Positions 18,581 through 29,332 are shown, numbered from the stretch's first letter. The stretch: 64,000 nucleotides of DNA from Acutalibacteraceae bacterium (GCA_045594795.1 JAZNZF010000001.1:3917-67916), one strand, 5' to 3'. Notes: generated by a model not told the origin, from the letters alone. Translations and numbers: made by a program.

Positions 18581-19396
18581 TCAAATAGTGAGAAAATTAT
18601 TGAAAATAAAAATAAGAGCTATGCCAACGATAAATATAAAAGTAGCAATCAAGTCGATAAAACTAAATCGAAGCTGTTTCATACGTGTTCTGTTACCGTT
18701 AGTGTTATAACATCTACTTTCCATCGCCTCTGCCAATTCACCCGCTCTGCGTACAGAAGAAATTAAAAGCGGAATTAAAATTGGAATTAAAGCCCTCACG
18801 CGTTTAATTATACTGCCGTTCTCAAAATCGGCTCCCCTTGCCTTTTGTGCGTTCATAAGTTTGTTGGTTTCATCAACCAAAGTAGGAATAAACCTAAGCG
18901 CTATGGTCATTATCATAGCTACGGTATGAACAGCAGAACCAAGTCCGATATATTTTAATGGAGATAGCAAACTTTCAAGTGCGTCGGTTATCTGTGTTGG
19001 TGTAGTTGTGTAAGTAAGCATAGCACTCGAAATAATTAAAATTATAATTCTAAGTGCCATAAAAACTGCTCTGCTAATTCCTTGGTCGGTTATCCTTAAC
19101 ACCCACCACTCGAGTAATACATTACCCTCAGAAATATAAAAAACGTTTAAAACAGCCGTTAAAATTATAATTGGCAGAATACTTTTTAGATTTTTTAGGT
19201 ACATCAAAACAGGCACTTTTGTTAGAAAAATAAGCGCAAAGGCAACGATAATTAAATATAACAAAGAGACAAAAGAGCTTATAATAAATATCGAAATGAT
19301 AAATGCAATAAGTGCTAAGAGCTTAAATCTTGGGTCAAGGCGGTGAATTATAGAAGCGGTTGGATAATATTGGCCGATAGTAATGTCTTTAAGCAT
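18581..19396 (-). CDS. ecfT: Energy-coupling factor transporter transmembrane component
   Basis: Polytopic membrane protein following two ECF ATPases. ATG at 19396 follows GGAGGTG; the ORF-track start is 19414. Confidence 0.85.
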   Translation of the reverse strand: MLKDITIGQYYPTASIIHRLDPRFKLLALIAFIISIFIISSFVSLLYLIIVAFALIFLTKVPVLMYLKNLKSILPIIILTAVLNVFYISEGNVLLEWWVLRITDQGISRAVFMALRIIILIISSAMLTYTTTPTQITDALESLLSPLKYIGLGSAVHTVAMIMTIALRFIPTLVDETNKLMNAQKARGADFENGSIIKRVRALIPILIPLLISSVRRAGELAEAMESRCYNTNGNRTRMKQLRFSFIDLIATFIFIVGIALIFIFNNFLTI

Positions 19397-20255
19397 TATT
19401 TGCACCTCCGCCAATATACTCAGTTAGCGCGTCAACCGCACCATCAACGGTTAGGAAATCACCTTTGATATCAAATCCTTTTTCACGAAGCTTAATAATT
19501 ATCTTAGTAATTTCAGGAACGTTCAAGCCAATTTCCTCTAATTTTTTATAATTTGAAAAAACCTTATTGGTACTATCAAACATAAATAGATTACCGTGAT
19601 TCATAACAAGCACTTTATCTGAAATTTTAGCGATGTCTTCCATACTGTGAGAAATGATAATAACAGTTGCGTTAGTGTTGTTTCTATATTCAATAATTCT
19701 TGAAATAAGTAGCTCTCTACCTGCTGGGTCTAAACCGGCGGTTGGCTCGTCTAAAACCAAAATTTCAGGTTTCATTGCAATTACACCCGCGATTGCTACC
19801 CTGCGCATTTCACCGCCCGAAAGTTCTAAGGGTGATTTATCAAAAAATTCCTCGCCAATACCAACAAGGTTAGCGGCATATCTAACAGCTCTGTCAACTT
19901 CCTCATCGTTTAGGCCCTTGTTTTTTGGCCCATAAGCAATATCACTATACACCGTTTCATCAAAGAGTTGATGCTCAGGATACTGAAATACCATACCAAC
20001 TCTAAAGCGAATTTCATTAATTTTTTTAGGATTTTCCCAAATATCTTTACCGTCTATATAAACGCTACCCTCATCAGCTTTCAAAAGCCCGTTAAGATGC
20101 TGAATAAGTGTAGATTTACCACTACCCGTATGTCCGATAATACCAATAATTTCGCCTTTGTTTGCACAAAACGAAACGTTATTAACGGCATCGGTTTTAA
20201 AAGGCGTGCCCTCACCGTAATGGTGAGATAGATTTTTAACCTCTAAAAAAGACAA
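19389..20255 (-). CDS. ecfA2: Energy-coupling factor transporter ATPase (second)
   Basis: ABC motifs GHTGSGKST and LSGGEMRRVAIA. Confidence 0.85.
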   Translation of the reverse strand: MSFLEVKNLSHHYGEGTPFKTDAVNNVSFCANKGEIIGIIGHTGSGKSTLIQHLNGLLKADEGSVYIDGKDIWENPKKINEIRFRVGMVFQYPEHQLFDETVYSDIAYGPKNKGLNDEEVDRAVRYAANLVGIGEEFFDKSPLELSGGEMRRVAIAGVIAMKPEILVLDEPTAGLDPAGRELLISRIIEYRNNTNATVIIISHSMEDIAKISDKVLVMNHGNLFMFDSTNKVFSNYKKLEEIGLNVPEITKIIIKLREKGFDIKGDFLTVDGAVDALTEYIGGGANNA

Positions 20256-20256
20256 G

Positions 20257-21096
20257 TTATTTTTCCTCCGAAAGTGCAGATGTTAAAGCATTAACGCAAT
20301 CGTCAACTGTAAGAACGTTACCTAAATCTACACCTATATTTTTTAATCTATACGCAAGCTCTGTAGTTTGAGGGATGCTTAGCCCAGCTTGCTTGATAAT
20401 TTCAACTTCACTGAACACCTCGTTGGGCGTACCATCTAAACAAATGCTGCCGTTGTCCATAACAACTACCCTGTCGGCCAGCGCAGCCTCATCCATATAA
20501 TGAGTTATTAACACCACTGTTATATTTTTCTCTTGATTAAGCTTAATAAGAGTAGACATAACCTCCTGCCTTCCCATAGGGTCAAGCATTGCGGTAGGCT
20601 CATCGAGAACGATACATTGTGGTTCCATAGCTAAAACACCTGCAATAGCAACTCTTTGCTTTTGTCCACCCGATAATAAATGTGGTGAATGATTTTTAAA
20701 TTCATACATACCCACAGACTTTAGTGAGTTATCAACGCGCCGTCTAATTTCTGTGGGATTAACTCCTAAATTTTCGGGGCCGAACGCTACATCATCTTCA
20801 ACAATAGTAGCAATAATTTGATTGTCGGGGTTTTGAAAAACCAAACCTACTTGACTTCTAATTTCAAATTCTGCTTTTTGGTTATTGGTAGTTACACCAT
20901 TTACACTAACAGTCCCATTGCTTGGTAAATGCAAACCATTTAATAGTCTTGCTACAGTAGATTTGCCAGAGCCATTATGACCGAGAATAGCAACAAAACT
21001 ACCGCGCTTTATTTTCAAATTGAAGTTATTTAAAACAGCAGTTTCGTTATCACCATAATCAAACGATACGTCCCTTAATTCAATAATATTATCCAT
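20257..21096 (-). CDS. ecfA1: Energy-coupling factor transporter ATPase (first)
   Basis: ABC motifs GHNGSGKST and LSGGQKQRVAIA. ATG at 21096 overlaps the upstream stop (TAATG); the ORF-track start is 21117. Confidence 0.85.
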   Translation of the reverse strand: MDNIIELRDVSFDYGDNETAVLNNFNLKIKRGSFVAILGHNGSGKSTVARLLNGLHLPSNGTVSVNGVTTNNQKAEFEIRSQVGLVFQNPDNQIIATIVEDDVAFGPENLGVNPTEIRRRVDNSLKSVGMYEFKNHSPHLLSGGQKQRVAIAGVLAMEPQCIVLDEPTAMLDPMGRQEVMSTLIKLNQEKNITVVLITHYMDEAALADRVVVMDNGSICLDGTPNEVFSEVEIIKQAGLSIPQTTELAYRLKNIGVDLGNVLTVDDCVNALTSALSEEK

Positions 21097-21968
21097 TAAA
21101 TTCCCTTTGCTTTCCAAATGGTTGTGCTACCGCAAGGTAAAACAATATTTTTATTAGTAACCTTTAAACCGATTTCGTCGGTTATAACATCACCATCTCT
21201 GCCATTATTAAAAACAATATCAGTCATATAGTTCATAATAGTCGGTGACATACCCGTAGTATACGAGTTAATCAATAAGAGTACTGCATCTTCGCTGAAT
21301 ATTTGCGAGGTTAAATTCAAAAGCTCAGCCAATTGATTTTCAAACTTCCAAACCTCGCCGTCAGGTCCGCGGCCATACGAAGGCGGGTCCATTATTATAA
21401 TATCGTATTTGTTGCCACGCCTAATTTCGCGCCTAACAAATTTTAAGCAGTCATCAACAAGCCATCTAACAGGTCTGTCGGCAATACCACTTGCCGCTGC
21501 GTTTTCCTTAGCCCATTGCACCATACCTTTTGATGCGTCAACGTGGGTAACCGATGCGCCCGCCTCAAGACAAGCAAGGGTTGCAGCGCCGGTATACGCA
21601 AATAAATTCAGCGCTTTTACGGGTCTATTGGCTTTTTTAATAGTATCGCTTAAAAGCTTCCAATTAACCGCTTGTTCAGGGAAAAGGCCCGTGTGTTTAA
21701 ACCCCATCGGCTTAAGGCGGAAGGTTAGATTATTATAGTTAATACTCCATACGTCAGGAACTTTTTTTAACATCTCCCATTTTCCACCGCCGGAGCTTGA
21801 TCGATGATAAACAGCATCAGCCTTGCCCCAAAGTTTAGGGTTTTTATCACCCTGCCAAATAATTTGTGGGTCGGGTCTAATAAGGGTTACATTACCCCAA
21901 CGTTCAAGCCTTTCGCCGCCTACCGCATCTATTAATTCATAATCATTAAAGTCATTAACATAACGCAT
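21096..21968 (-). CDS. Class I SAM-dependent (rRNA-type, RlmI/RlmK-like) methyltransferase
   Basis: SAM-binding block LNLFAYTGAATLA and catalytic-type block IIMDPPSYGRG. Confidence 0.7.
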   Translation of the reverse strand: MRYVNDFNDYELIDAVGGERLERWGNVTLIRPDPQIIWQGDKNPKLWGKADAVYHRSSSGGGKWEMLKKVPDVWSINYNNLTFRLKPMGFKHTGLFPEQAVNWKLLSDTIKKANRPVKALNLFAYTGAATLACLEAGASVTHVDASKGMVQWAKENAAASGIADRPVRWLVDDCLKFVRREIRRGNKYDIIIMDPPSYGRGPDGEVWKFENQLAELLNLTSQIFSEDAVLLLINSYTTGMSPTIMNYMTDIVFNNGRDGDVITDEIGLKVTNKNIVLPCGSTTIWKAKGI

Positions 21969-21985
21969 AAGAATTGCCTTTCAAA

Positions 21986-23017
21986 TTAAAATAATGATGC
22001 TTGTCCTTCTGTTTTGATTCCTAAGTGGTCATACGCTGCCTTAGTTACACATCTACCTCTGCTTGTTCTCGTTAAAAATCCTATCTGCATTAAATAGGGT
22101 TCGTATACGTCTTCAATGGTAACAGCTTCTTCACCGAGAGCCGCCGCAAGAGTATCCAAACCAACGGGACCACCGCTGTATTTTTCAATAATGGCGCGTA
22201 ATAGGTTTCTGTCAAAATAATCAAGCCCAAGCTCGTCTATCTCAAACCTATCAAGAGCAAGTGAAGCTATCCTAGTGTCAATAACGCCCTTGCCTAAAAC
22301 CTGAGCAACGTCGCGTACACGTTTTAAAAGCCTGTTTGCAATACGAGGTGTTCCTCTCGAACGGGACGCAATTTCAAGCGCACCGTCTTTGTCAATATCA
22401 ATACCCAATATTCCTGCAGAACGAGTTACAATTTCAGCCAACTCTTCAGGGGTATACATCTCAAGTCTTAGTAAAACTCCGAATCTATCTCTAAGAGGTG
22501 CAGAAAGCTGACCCGAACGGGTTGTAGCACCGACAAGCGTAAAGCGATTAAGGTCAAGACGAATAGACCGAGCTGAAGGTCCTTGCCCAAAAATTATATC
22601 AATAACGTAGTCTTCCATAGCAGGATACAAAACCTCTTCAACACTACGAGAAAGACGATGAATTTCATCAATAAAAAGCACGTCGCCATCGTTTAAATTA
22701 GTTAGTAACGCCGCTAAGTCTTTAGGCTTTTCAATGGCAGGGCCGCTTGTTACCCTAAAATTAACGCCCATTTCGTTAGCAATTATCCCTGCAAGTGTTG
22801 TTTTACCGAGACCAGGAGGGCCATATAATAACACGTGGTCAAGCGGTTCCTTTCTACCAACAGCTGCCTTAATATAAATCTCTAAATTATCTTTAGCCTT
22901 GTCCTGTCCTATATACTCGGTCAAGGTTTTTGGGCGCAAAGAAAACTCAACATCACTGTCATTCCCGCTCTCGTATTCGGGAGAAACTATTCGGTTCTCA
23001 AAATCCATATCGTTCAT
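21986..23017 (-). CDS. ruvB: Holliday junction branch migration ATPase
   Basis: GPPGLGKTT Walker A and RuvB-like length, downstream of ruvA. Confidence 0.95.
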   Translation of the reverse strand: MNDMDFENRIVSPEYESGNDSDVEFSLRPKTLTEYIGQDKAKDNLEIYIKAAVGRKEPLDHVLLYGPPGLGKTTLAGIIANEMGVNFRVTSGPAIEKPKDLAALLTNLNDGDVLFIDEIHRLSRSVEEVLYPAMEDYVIDIIFGQGPSARSIRLDLNRFTLVGATTRSGQLSAPLRDRFGVLLRLEMYTPEELAEIVTRSAGILGIDIDKDGALEIASRSRGTPRIANRLLKRVRDVAQVLGKGVIDTRIASLALDRFEIDELGLDYFDRNLLRAIIEKYSGGPVGLDTLAAALGEEAVTIEDVYEPYLMQIGFLTRTSRGRCVTKAAYDHLGIKTEGQASLF

Positions 23018-23029
23018 AATAATTTCACC

Positions 23030-23629
23030 TTATAAGTTAGAAATTGATTTTAGTGCTTGTTTAATCATCTCTTCTACAGAGAGACTCTGGTCGAGTCGCG
23101 CAACGCATTTAGAAGCATCCGCTTGGGTAAAGCCTATAGCAATTAGAGCCTCAATAGCCTCAGCGGCATTACCCACCGGAACAGCATTGCCGATGTTTTC
23201 AAGATTAGCCGCAGAAGTAATCATACTGCCGCTTATTTTATCTTTAAGCTCTAACACAATTCTCTGTGCGGTTTTAGCACCAACACCGTTAGCTTTTGAT
23301 AGAGCTTTAGCATCACCGCTTGTAATGTATAAAGCAACCTGTTCCGGAGTGAAATCAGATAAAATTGATATACCGAGTTTTGGGCCAATACCGTTAACCG
23401 AAATTATCATTTTGAAGAAATCTAATTCGTTAGTATCAAAGAAGCCATATAAGTCACAAGCATCCTCGCGCACAGCCATATATGTATAAAGCATAACATT
23501 TTGATTTATCTTTGGTAACTGTGCTAATGTTTTATGTGATGTGTAGCATCTAAATCCAACGCCTGAACATTCTATCACAGCACTCTTTTCGTCGGTATAT
23601 ATTAACTTGCCGTTAAGAGAATATATCAT
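23030..23629 (-). CDS. ruvA: Holliday junction DNA helicase subunit
   Basis: 199 aa, with a helix-hairpin-helix region (VNGIGPKLG, ANGVGAKTAQRI), between ruvC and ruvB. Confidence 0.9.
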   Translation of the reverse strand: MIYSLNGKLIYTDEKSAVIECSGVGFRCYTSHKTLAQLPKINQNVMLYTYMAVREDACDLYGFFDTNELDFFKMIISVNGIGPKLGISILSDFTPEQVALYITSGDAKALSKANGVGAKTAQRIVLELKDKISGSMITSAANLENIGNAVPVGNAAEAIEALIAIGFTQADASKCVARLDQSLSVEEMIKQALKSISNL

Positions 23630-23633
23630 AAAA

Positions 23634-24134
23634 TCACCTCAATAATTTAAGTTTAGACATTAGCGAGCCAGAAGTATGCGCGTGGCAGATTGCAATTGCC
23701 AAGGCGTCGGCAGTATCATCGGGCTTGGGGACTTTACTTAATCCCAATAAGGTTTTTGTAAGCTCCATTACCTGTCGTTTTTCTGCCCTTCCATATCCCG
23801 TAACCGCTTGTTTAACCTGTAACGGTGTATACTCATATACCGGAACTTTTGAGTGCTCTGCCGCAAGCAAAATAACGCCCCTTGCTTGTGCTACATCAAT
23901 AGCTGTGGTTGTGTTGGTGTTAAAAAACAGTTTTTCAATAGATACAGCCTCGGGATTAAACTGCTTTATTATAGCAGTTATGTCGGAATAAATTTTTTCC
24001 AATCGCTCTACAAATGGTGTGCCGGCATCGGTTGTTATAGCACCATAATTAATAGTTTTAAATTTATTGTTTTTAAACTCAATAATGCCATATCCAACTA
24101 TTGCATACCCTGGGTCTATCCCTAAAATAATCAT
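23634..24134 (-). CDS. ruvC: Crossover junction endodeoxyribonuclease
   Basis: MIILGIDPG N-terminus and RuvC length. The ATG at 24134 is preferred over GTG/TTG at 24140/24137. Confidence 0.9.
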   Translation of the reverse strand: MIILGIDPGYAIVGYGIIEFKNNKFKTINYGAITTDAGTPFVERLEKIYSDITAIIKQFNPEAVSIEKLFFNTNTTTAIDVAQARGVILLAAEHSKVPVYEYTPLQVKQAVTGYGRAEKRQVMELTKTLLGLSKVPKPDDTADALAIAICHAHTSGSLMSKLKLLR

Positions 24135-24328
24135 CAACACTACCCCAAATTAAATATTTCATATAATTATAACATAACTTATATAAAATAACAACATTAC
24201 ATATAAAAAATTATTGTTATTAAAAGAATTATTTTGACGTATAAATTGTTAAAATAAACACAAAATTATATTTATTAGACCTTTTATTTGGTTAATTGAA
24301 AAAATATGTAATTTTTTTAAATTAGTTA

Positions 24329-24357
24329 TTGACAAACAGATATTTTGTTGATATAAT
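24329..24357 (+). promoter_or_regulatory. Consensus sigma-A promoter for tRNA-Lys
   Basis: TTGACA (24329-24334), 17 nt, TATAAT (24352-24357), 18 nt before the tRNA 5' end. Confidence 0.65.
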
Positions 24358-24375
24358 AATCAAGTCGTTTGAAAC

Positions 24376-24451
24376 GATCCATTAGCTCAGTTGGCAGAGC
24401 ACTTGACTTTTAATCAAGGTGTCCGGAGTTCGAATCTCCGATGGATCACCA
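24376..24451 (+). tRNA. tRNA-Lys (anticodon UUU), CCA encoded
   Basis: Acceptor GATCCAT/ATGGATC, anticodon arm CTTGA-CTTTTAA-TCAAG, T arm CGGAG-TTCGAAT-CTCCG, then ACCA. Confidence 0.9.
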
Positions 24452-24452
24452 A

Positions 24453-24489
24453 AATCCCCGTACATTTTGTGCGGGGATTCTTCTTTTTA
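24453..24489 (+). terminator. Rho-independent terminator of tRNA-Lys
   Basis: 12-bp stem AATCCCCGTACA/TGTGCGGGGATT (one G-T pair), loop TTT, followed by CTTCTTTTT. Confidence 0.7.
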
Positions 24490-24497
24490 TAAAGCAT

Positions 24498-24522
24498 AAA
24501 ACCCCATCGGAAGATGGGGTTT
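24498..24522 (-). terminator. Likely terminator of the glutamine synthetase gene
   Basis: Minus strand reads AAACCCCATC-TTCC-GATGGGGTTT followed by TATGCTTTAT, 7 nt after the stop. It is convergent with the tRNA-Lys terminator. Confidence 0.5.
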
Positions 24523-24528
24523 AAATTA

Positions 24529-26622
24529 TTATCTAACACCGAACAATAAATCTCCATATGAGGGGAACGGCCAATAGCTTTCGGCGGTAAGAATCTCCGC
24601 CTCATCACAAGCCGAACGAATTGCAGCCATTCTTGGTAAAATAACGTCGCGAATATATTGAGACTCAAAAACAACGTCAGAGTTTTCGTTAATAATATGA
24701 ATCTCTTTCTCAAGTTGCGAAATTTGCTCGCTAACATTATCGGTAATTAGGGAAAGCTTTGTTATAATTTCTTTTTCAAAATTACAGTTAGCATTTATTA
24801 CCGTCTGCTTTTTAATTACTGCATCGGACAAATCCGAAACATACTTAGTAATGGCGGGTAATATCTCGCGTCGCGCCATATCAACCATAGTGTTAGCCTC
24901 TATATCCACAGTTTTACAGTAGTTTTCTAAGATAATTTCTAAGCGAGAATTAAGCTCTTTTTCAGAAAATACTTTATGAACAACTAATGTTTCAATGTTC
25001 TTTTTATCAATCAAATGAGGCAAACAGTCGGGCGTTGTGGGATAATTCAAAAGGCCCCTGCACTTTGTTGCTTCTTCTATCCAAGCATCATCGTATCCGT
25101 TACCGTTAAATATAATACGCTTATGGTCTTTAATGGTCTTTTTAATAAGCTTATGTAGGTCTTCGTTGAAATCCTTTGAGTTTTCAAGTCTGTCTGCATA
25201 AGATTTAAGAGATTCAGCAACGGCGGTATTGAGCATAATATTAGCACATGCTATGCTGTTTGAAGAGCCAAGCATACGAAACTCAAACTTATTGCCCGTG
25301 AATGCAAAGGGCGATGTTCTGTTACGGTCTGTAGTATCCTTCTGAAACTTTGGAAGTACATGAACGCCAAGCTTCATAATTTCTTTTTCAGATGCATTAT
25401 AAACTCTATCGTTTTCAATAGCATCTAAAATGTCGGTAAGCTCGTCACCAAGGAACATAGAAACAACCGCCGGTGGTGCTTCTTGTGCGCCAAGTCTGTG
25501 ATCATTTCCTGCGGTAGCAACCGAAATTCTAAGCAAGTCTTGATAATCGTCAACCGCCTTAATAACTGCACATAGGAACAATAAAAACTGTGCGTTTTCA
25601 TAAGGAGTTTCGCCGGGCGTAAGTAGATTAATTCCGGTATCTGTTGTCATTGACCAGTTATTGTGCTTACCACTACCGTTCACTCCGGCAAATGGCTTTT
25701 CGTGTAAAAGACACACAAGTCCGTGTCGTGCTGCAACGTTCTGCATAATTTCCATAGTTAATTGATTATGGTCGGTTGCAATGTTTGTTGTAGTATATAC
25801 GGGCGCTAATTCATGTTGTGCAGGCGCAACCTCATTATGCTCGGTTTTTGCAAGTATGCCAAGCTTCCATAACTCATCATCAAGGTCTGCCATAAATGCG
25901 GCAACGCGAGGCTTAATTGTACCAAAATAATGGTCGTTCATTTCTTGCCCTTTTGGTGGCTTTGCGCCAAAAAGAGTTCTGCCGGTATAAACTAAATCCT
26001 TGCGTTTGTCGTGCATTTCTTTATCAATAAGAAAATACTCTTGCTCAGCGCCAACAGATGTTCTTACAAGCTTAACAGAGTCGTTACCAAACAAACGCAA
26101 TATGCGTATAGCTTGTCTATTAAGAGCCTGCATAGAACGAAGCAAAGGTGTTTTTTTATCAAGCGCTTCTCCCCCAAACGAGCAGAATGCAGTAGGTATA
26201 CACAAGGTTTTATCCTTTATAAAAGCATACGAAGTGGGGTCCCAAGCGGTATAGCCACGAGCCTCGAAGGTTGCGCGCAAACCACCTGACGGGAATGACG
26301 ATGCATCAGGTTCGCCCTTTATAAGCTCTTTTCCCGAGAACTCCATTATTATTCTACCATCAGAAGACGGTGTAATAAAGCTATCGTGCTTTTCGGCGGT
26401 AATACCAGTCATAGGCTGAAACCAATGCGTATAATGGGTTGCGCCTTTAGAAATAGCCCATTCCTTCATTGCTTCTGCTACAGCATTTGCAACCGAAAGG
26501 TCTAAGCGTATGCTCTCGTCAATCGTGCGTTTTACCTGACGGTACACATCCTCGGTTAAACAGGATTTCATAACCTTATCGTCAAATACAAGGCAGCCAA
26601 AATATTCGGTTACGGTTTTCAT
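24529..26622 (-). CDS. glnN: Glutamine synthetase, type III
   Basis: 697 aa, the size class of GS type III, with recognisable N-terminal and catalytic regions (e.g. [10 protein letters not shown]). Confidence 0.85.
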   Translation of the reverse strand: MKTVTEYFGCLVFDDKVMKSCLTEDVYRQVKRTIDESIRLDLSVANAVAEAMKEWAISKGATHYTHWFQPMTGITAEKHDSFITPSSDGRIIMEFSGKELIKGEPDASSFPSGGLRATFEARGYTAWDPTSYAFIKDKTLCIPTAFCSFGGEALDKKTPLLRSMQALNRQAIRILRLFGNDSVKLVRTSVGAEQEYFLIDKEMHDKRKDLVYTGRTLFGAKPPKGQEMNDHYFGTIKPRVAAFMADLDDELWKLGILAKTEHNEVAPAQHELAPVYTTTNIATDHNQLTMEIMQNVAARHGLVCLLHEKPFAGVNGSGKHNNWSMTTDTGINLLTPGETPYENAQFLLFLCAVIKAVDDYQDLLRISVATAGNDHRLGAQEAPPAVVSMFLGDELTDILDAIENDRVYNASEKEIMKLGVHVLPKFQKDTTDRNRTSPFAFTGNKFEFRMLGSSNSIACANIMLNTAVAESLKSYADRLENSKDFNEDLHKLIKKTIKDHKRIIFNGNGYDDAWIEEATKCRGLLNYPTTPDCLPHLIDKKNIETLVVHKVFSEKELNSRLEIILENYCKTVDIEANTMVDMARREILPAITKYVSDLSDAVIKKQTVINANCNFEKEIITKLSLITDNVSEQISQLEKEIHIINENSDVVFESQYIRDVILPRMAAIRSACDEAEILTAESYWPFPSYGDLLFGVR

Positions 26623-26645
26623 TATAAACCCCTTTCAAAATTAAC

Positions 26646-26670
26646 AAAAAGGGGTACGAACGTACTCCCC
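26646..26670 (-). promoter_or_regulatory. 5'-leader hairpin plus U-run (terminator-like) in the glnN leader
   Basis: Minus strand reads GGGGaGTACG-TT-CGTACCCC followed by TTTTTGTT. It starts about 8-10 nt after the predicted TSS and lies 24 nt before the ATG. Confidence 0.45.
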
Positions 26671-26684
26671 TATTAGCAGTTTAT

Positions 26685-26713
26685 ATTATACTCTCAGATG
26701 CGTTTTCAGTCAA
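26685..26713 (-). promoter_or_regulatory. Sigma-A-type promoter of glnN
   Basis: Minus strand reads TTGACT (26708-26713), 17 nt, TATAAT (26685-26690). Confidence 0.55.
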
Positions 26714-26825
26714 GTAATTAATATTCACTTTTTATGAAACTTTTTATAGTTATTTACTTATTTTAATTAAAAAAATAAAGTTACATTCTTTTTATAAATC
26801 GTTAACAATATTGCTTTAATATGAC

Positions 26826-26854
26826 TTGAAACTAAAAGGTTTGTTTGATATAAT
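26826..26854 (+). promoter_or_regulatory. Sigma-A-type promoter of the hypothetical gene at 26880
   Basis: TTGAAA, 17 nt, TATAAT, then GAGGTG RBS and ATG. Confidence 0.45.
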
Positions 26855-26879
26855 TATATAAAAATAAACGAGGTGTATA

Positions 26880-27488
26880 ATGAATACAGAAAATAAAAAC
26901 CCAAGCGGCAAAAAAACCTGGAGTAATTATTATTGGTTTTACTATAAATGGCATATTTTTTTCATTATATTTTTCGGTATTGCAATAGCTATCTGTACCG
27001 CTCAATGTGCTTCGCGCATTACACCTGATTGTTACATATTATTTAACTCTAATATATTTATAAGTGACCAAGAGCTAAATTCTACTGCAGACGAGGTAGA
27101 AAAGTATATCGATGATATAAATGACGATGGCAAGGTAGAAATAACTGCAATTAATTGCACATACCCTAAAGGCAATCAAACAAGAAAAGCACAGGTAAAC
27201 CAACAAGCAGTTTTACAAATGCAAAGTAACGATACGCACATATGGATTGTTGACCAAAAAGGCATTGAACTATATCTGCTAAATGAAGATATCGATATTT
27301 TTGCTAAGTCAGATAATTTCGACAATTACGAAAATATGGCATTATCCGTTGAAAACATTCCGTGTCTTAAATGGCTTAACCAAAACGACGAGGGCAACAA
27401 ATATTATCTGCTTGCAAGAAAAGATAAAAACGGCAAAATTACCGATGTTGCCAAGAAAATAATTAACAAAATAACAAAAATAAAATAA
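26880..27488 (+). CDS. Hypothetical N-terminally membrane-anchored protein
   Basis: 202-aa ORF with a GAGGTG RBS and one hydrophobic N-terminal helix (IFFIIFFGIAIAICTAQC). No family recognised. Confidence 0.65.
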   Translation: MNTENKNPSGKKTWSNYYWFYYKWHIFFIIFFGIAIAICTAQCASRITPDCYILFNSNIFISDQELNSTADEVEKYIDDINDDGKVEITAINCTYPKGNQTRKAQVNQQAVLQMQSNDTHIWIVDQKGIELYLLNEDIDIFAKSDNFDNYENMALSVENIPCLKWLNQNDEGNKYYLLARKDKNGKITDVAKKIINKITKIK

Positions 27489-27501
27489 CTTAATAACGCA
27501 T

Positions 27502-27535
27502 AAAAACACAGTAGTATTATTGCTACTGTGTTTTT
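27502..27535. terminator. Bidirectional terminator between the hypothetical gene (+) and argS (-)
   Basis: A5, then stem CACAGTAG/CTACTGTG, then T5. Confidence 0.65.
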
Positions 27536-27591
27536 ATTTTTCATTAAACGATTTGTTCTAAACGCTAACCGTGTATGACACGTGGATATAG

Positions 27592-29331
27592 TTACATTCT
27601 TTCGGGTGCGTCAATCTTAAGCATTGTTAATACGTTTTTAATAACCGATTTAGTTGCAACACAAAGGCTGAGTCTTGCTTGCATTAAAGCTTCATCCTCG
27701 CCCTTAACCCTGCAAGCATTATAGAATTTATGGAATAGGGTTGCAAGGTCATAAACGTATCTTGTTATTCTTGCAGAATCGTAGCTCTTTGCAGCTAACT
27801 CAATTTCGAAAGTAAGTGATGCTAAATGACGAATTAACTCACGTTCTTCGGCGGTTGAAAGTCTACATAGTTCATCTTCACTACACTCGCGTGGGGTAAT
27901 GCCCTCGTTATCAAGTGCACGCAAGATACTACAAATACGAGCATAAGCATACTGAACGTAATATACAGGGTTTTGGCTAGTTTCTTGGACTGCTAAATCC
28001 AAGTCGAACTCTAAATGAGTAGATGGTTCTTTTGAGTTAAATATAAATCTTGCAGCATCAATCGGCACCTCATCAAGCAGAGTTTTAAGGGTGATGGATT
28101 TACCGGTTCTTTTAGAAACCTTAACAACCTCACCATCGCGAACAAGACGAACAAGCTGCATTAAAACGATATCAAGCTTATCACCCGAAAGACCAATAGC
28201 ATCCATCGCGCCCTTGATACGTGCAACGTGGCCGTGATGGTCGGCGCCCCAAATATTTATTACGGTATCAAAACCGCGCACGTGGAATTTATTATAGTGA
28301 TAAGCAATATCTGCTGCAAAGTATGTTGGATTACCGTTTGCACGGATAAGAACGTCATCCTTAAGCTCTAATTTTTCGATATCGGCATCACTTTTGCCCT
28401 GCTTTTTCAGAAGCGCTGCGGTGAATTCTGCGTTCTTATACCATAAAGCTCCCTCTTTTTCGTAGGTTAAGCCCTTATCCTTCATCATATTAATTACTTT
28501 TTCAAGTGTACCGTCGGCATAAAGTGACGATTCCTTAAACCAAACGTCGTAATTAATTCTATATTCCTGAAGGTCATCTTTTAATGCATTTATATTAAGT
28601 GGTAACGCATACTCAACCAAGGCTTTTTGACGAAGCTCTTCCTCTGCATTAACAAAGCTATCACCATTTATTGCTTTGAACTGCTCTGCCCTTTCGATTA
28701 TATCAGCGCCGTGATAACCATCTTCAGGGAACTCTACTGAGCTATCGAATAATTGAAGGTAACGTGCCTCTAAAGATTTTGCAAATTTTTGAATCTGATT
28801 ACCCGCATCATTTACGTAAAACTCGCGAGTTACATCATAGCCAGCCTTTTCCAAAACAGAGGCCAACGTATCTCCCAAAGCACCGCCACGGGCATTGCCT
28901 ATATGCATAGGTCCGGTAGGGTTGGCCGAAACAAACTCTACCATTACCTTTTTCCCATTACCCATTTTACTGCTACCGTAGTTTTCACCACATTTTTCTA
29001 TATCTTTAATTATAGCAGCGTAATATTCATCTTTTAAATAGAAATTAATAAAACCGGGACCGGCTATTTCCATACGTTCGATATATGTTCCGCTCAAATC
29101 GATATACTGTTCGATTATTTCAGCAATTTTACGAGGCGCATTCTTTAATGCTCTTGCCCATACCATAGCCGCATTAACAGCGAAATCACCGTGCGATTTA
29201 TCAGCAGGTTCTTCTATAGTAAAGATAGGTAACGGTTCGCTTGGAAATTTGCCTTCGCCAACAGCTCTACCTGCTGCATTAAGTATACATTCGTAAATGC
29301 TCTTTTTAGTTTCTGCTACTATTGCCGACAT
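27592..29331 (-). CDS. argS: Arginine--tRNA ligase
   Basis: 579 aa with the class I HIGN motif (PTGPMHIGNARGG), an Arg-tRNA-synthetase N-domain and a DALR-type C-terminus ending in ERM. Confidence 0.95.
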   Translation of the reverse strand: MSAIVAETKKSIYECILNAAGRAVGEGKFPSEPLPIFTIEEPADKSHGDFAVNAAMVWARALKNAPRKIAEIIEQYIDLSGTYIERMEIAGPGFINFYLKDEYYAAIIKDIEKCGENYGSSKMGNGKKVMVEFVSANPTGPMHIGNARGGALGDTLASVLEKAGYDVTREFYVNDAGNQIQKFAKSLEARYLQLFDSSVEFPEDGYHGADIIERAEQFKAINGDSFVNAEEELRQKALVEYALPLNINALKDDLQEYRINYDVWFKESSLYADGTLEKVINMMKDKGLTYEKEGALWYKNAEFTAALLKKQGKSDADIEKLELKDDVLIRANGNPTYFAADIAYHYNKFHVRGFDTVINIWGADHHGHVARIKGAMDAIGLSGDKLDIVLMQLVRLVRDGEVVKVSKRTGKSITLKTLLDEVPIDAARFIFNSKEPSTHLEFDLDLAVQETSQNPVYYVQYAYARICSILRALDNEGITPRECSEDELCRLSTAEERELIRHLASLTFEIELAAKSYDSARITRYVYDLATLFHKFYNACRVKGEDEALMQARLSLCVATKSVIKNVLTMLKIDAPERM

Positions 29332-29332
29332 T

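Noticed and set aside
24141-24375. LexA (Cheo-box, GAAC-N4-GTTC) operators upstream of ruvC, and at 35385-35508 upstream of pcrA
   Set aside because: I scanned both regions by eye and found no GAAC-N4-GTTC match. The regions are simply AT-rich.
24414-24737. 107-aa minus-strand ORF
   Set aside because: It overlaps the tRNA-Lys gene, two terminators and the 3' end of glnN in another frame, and has no RBS. It is spurious.
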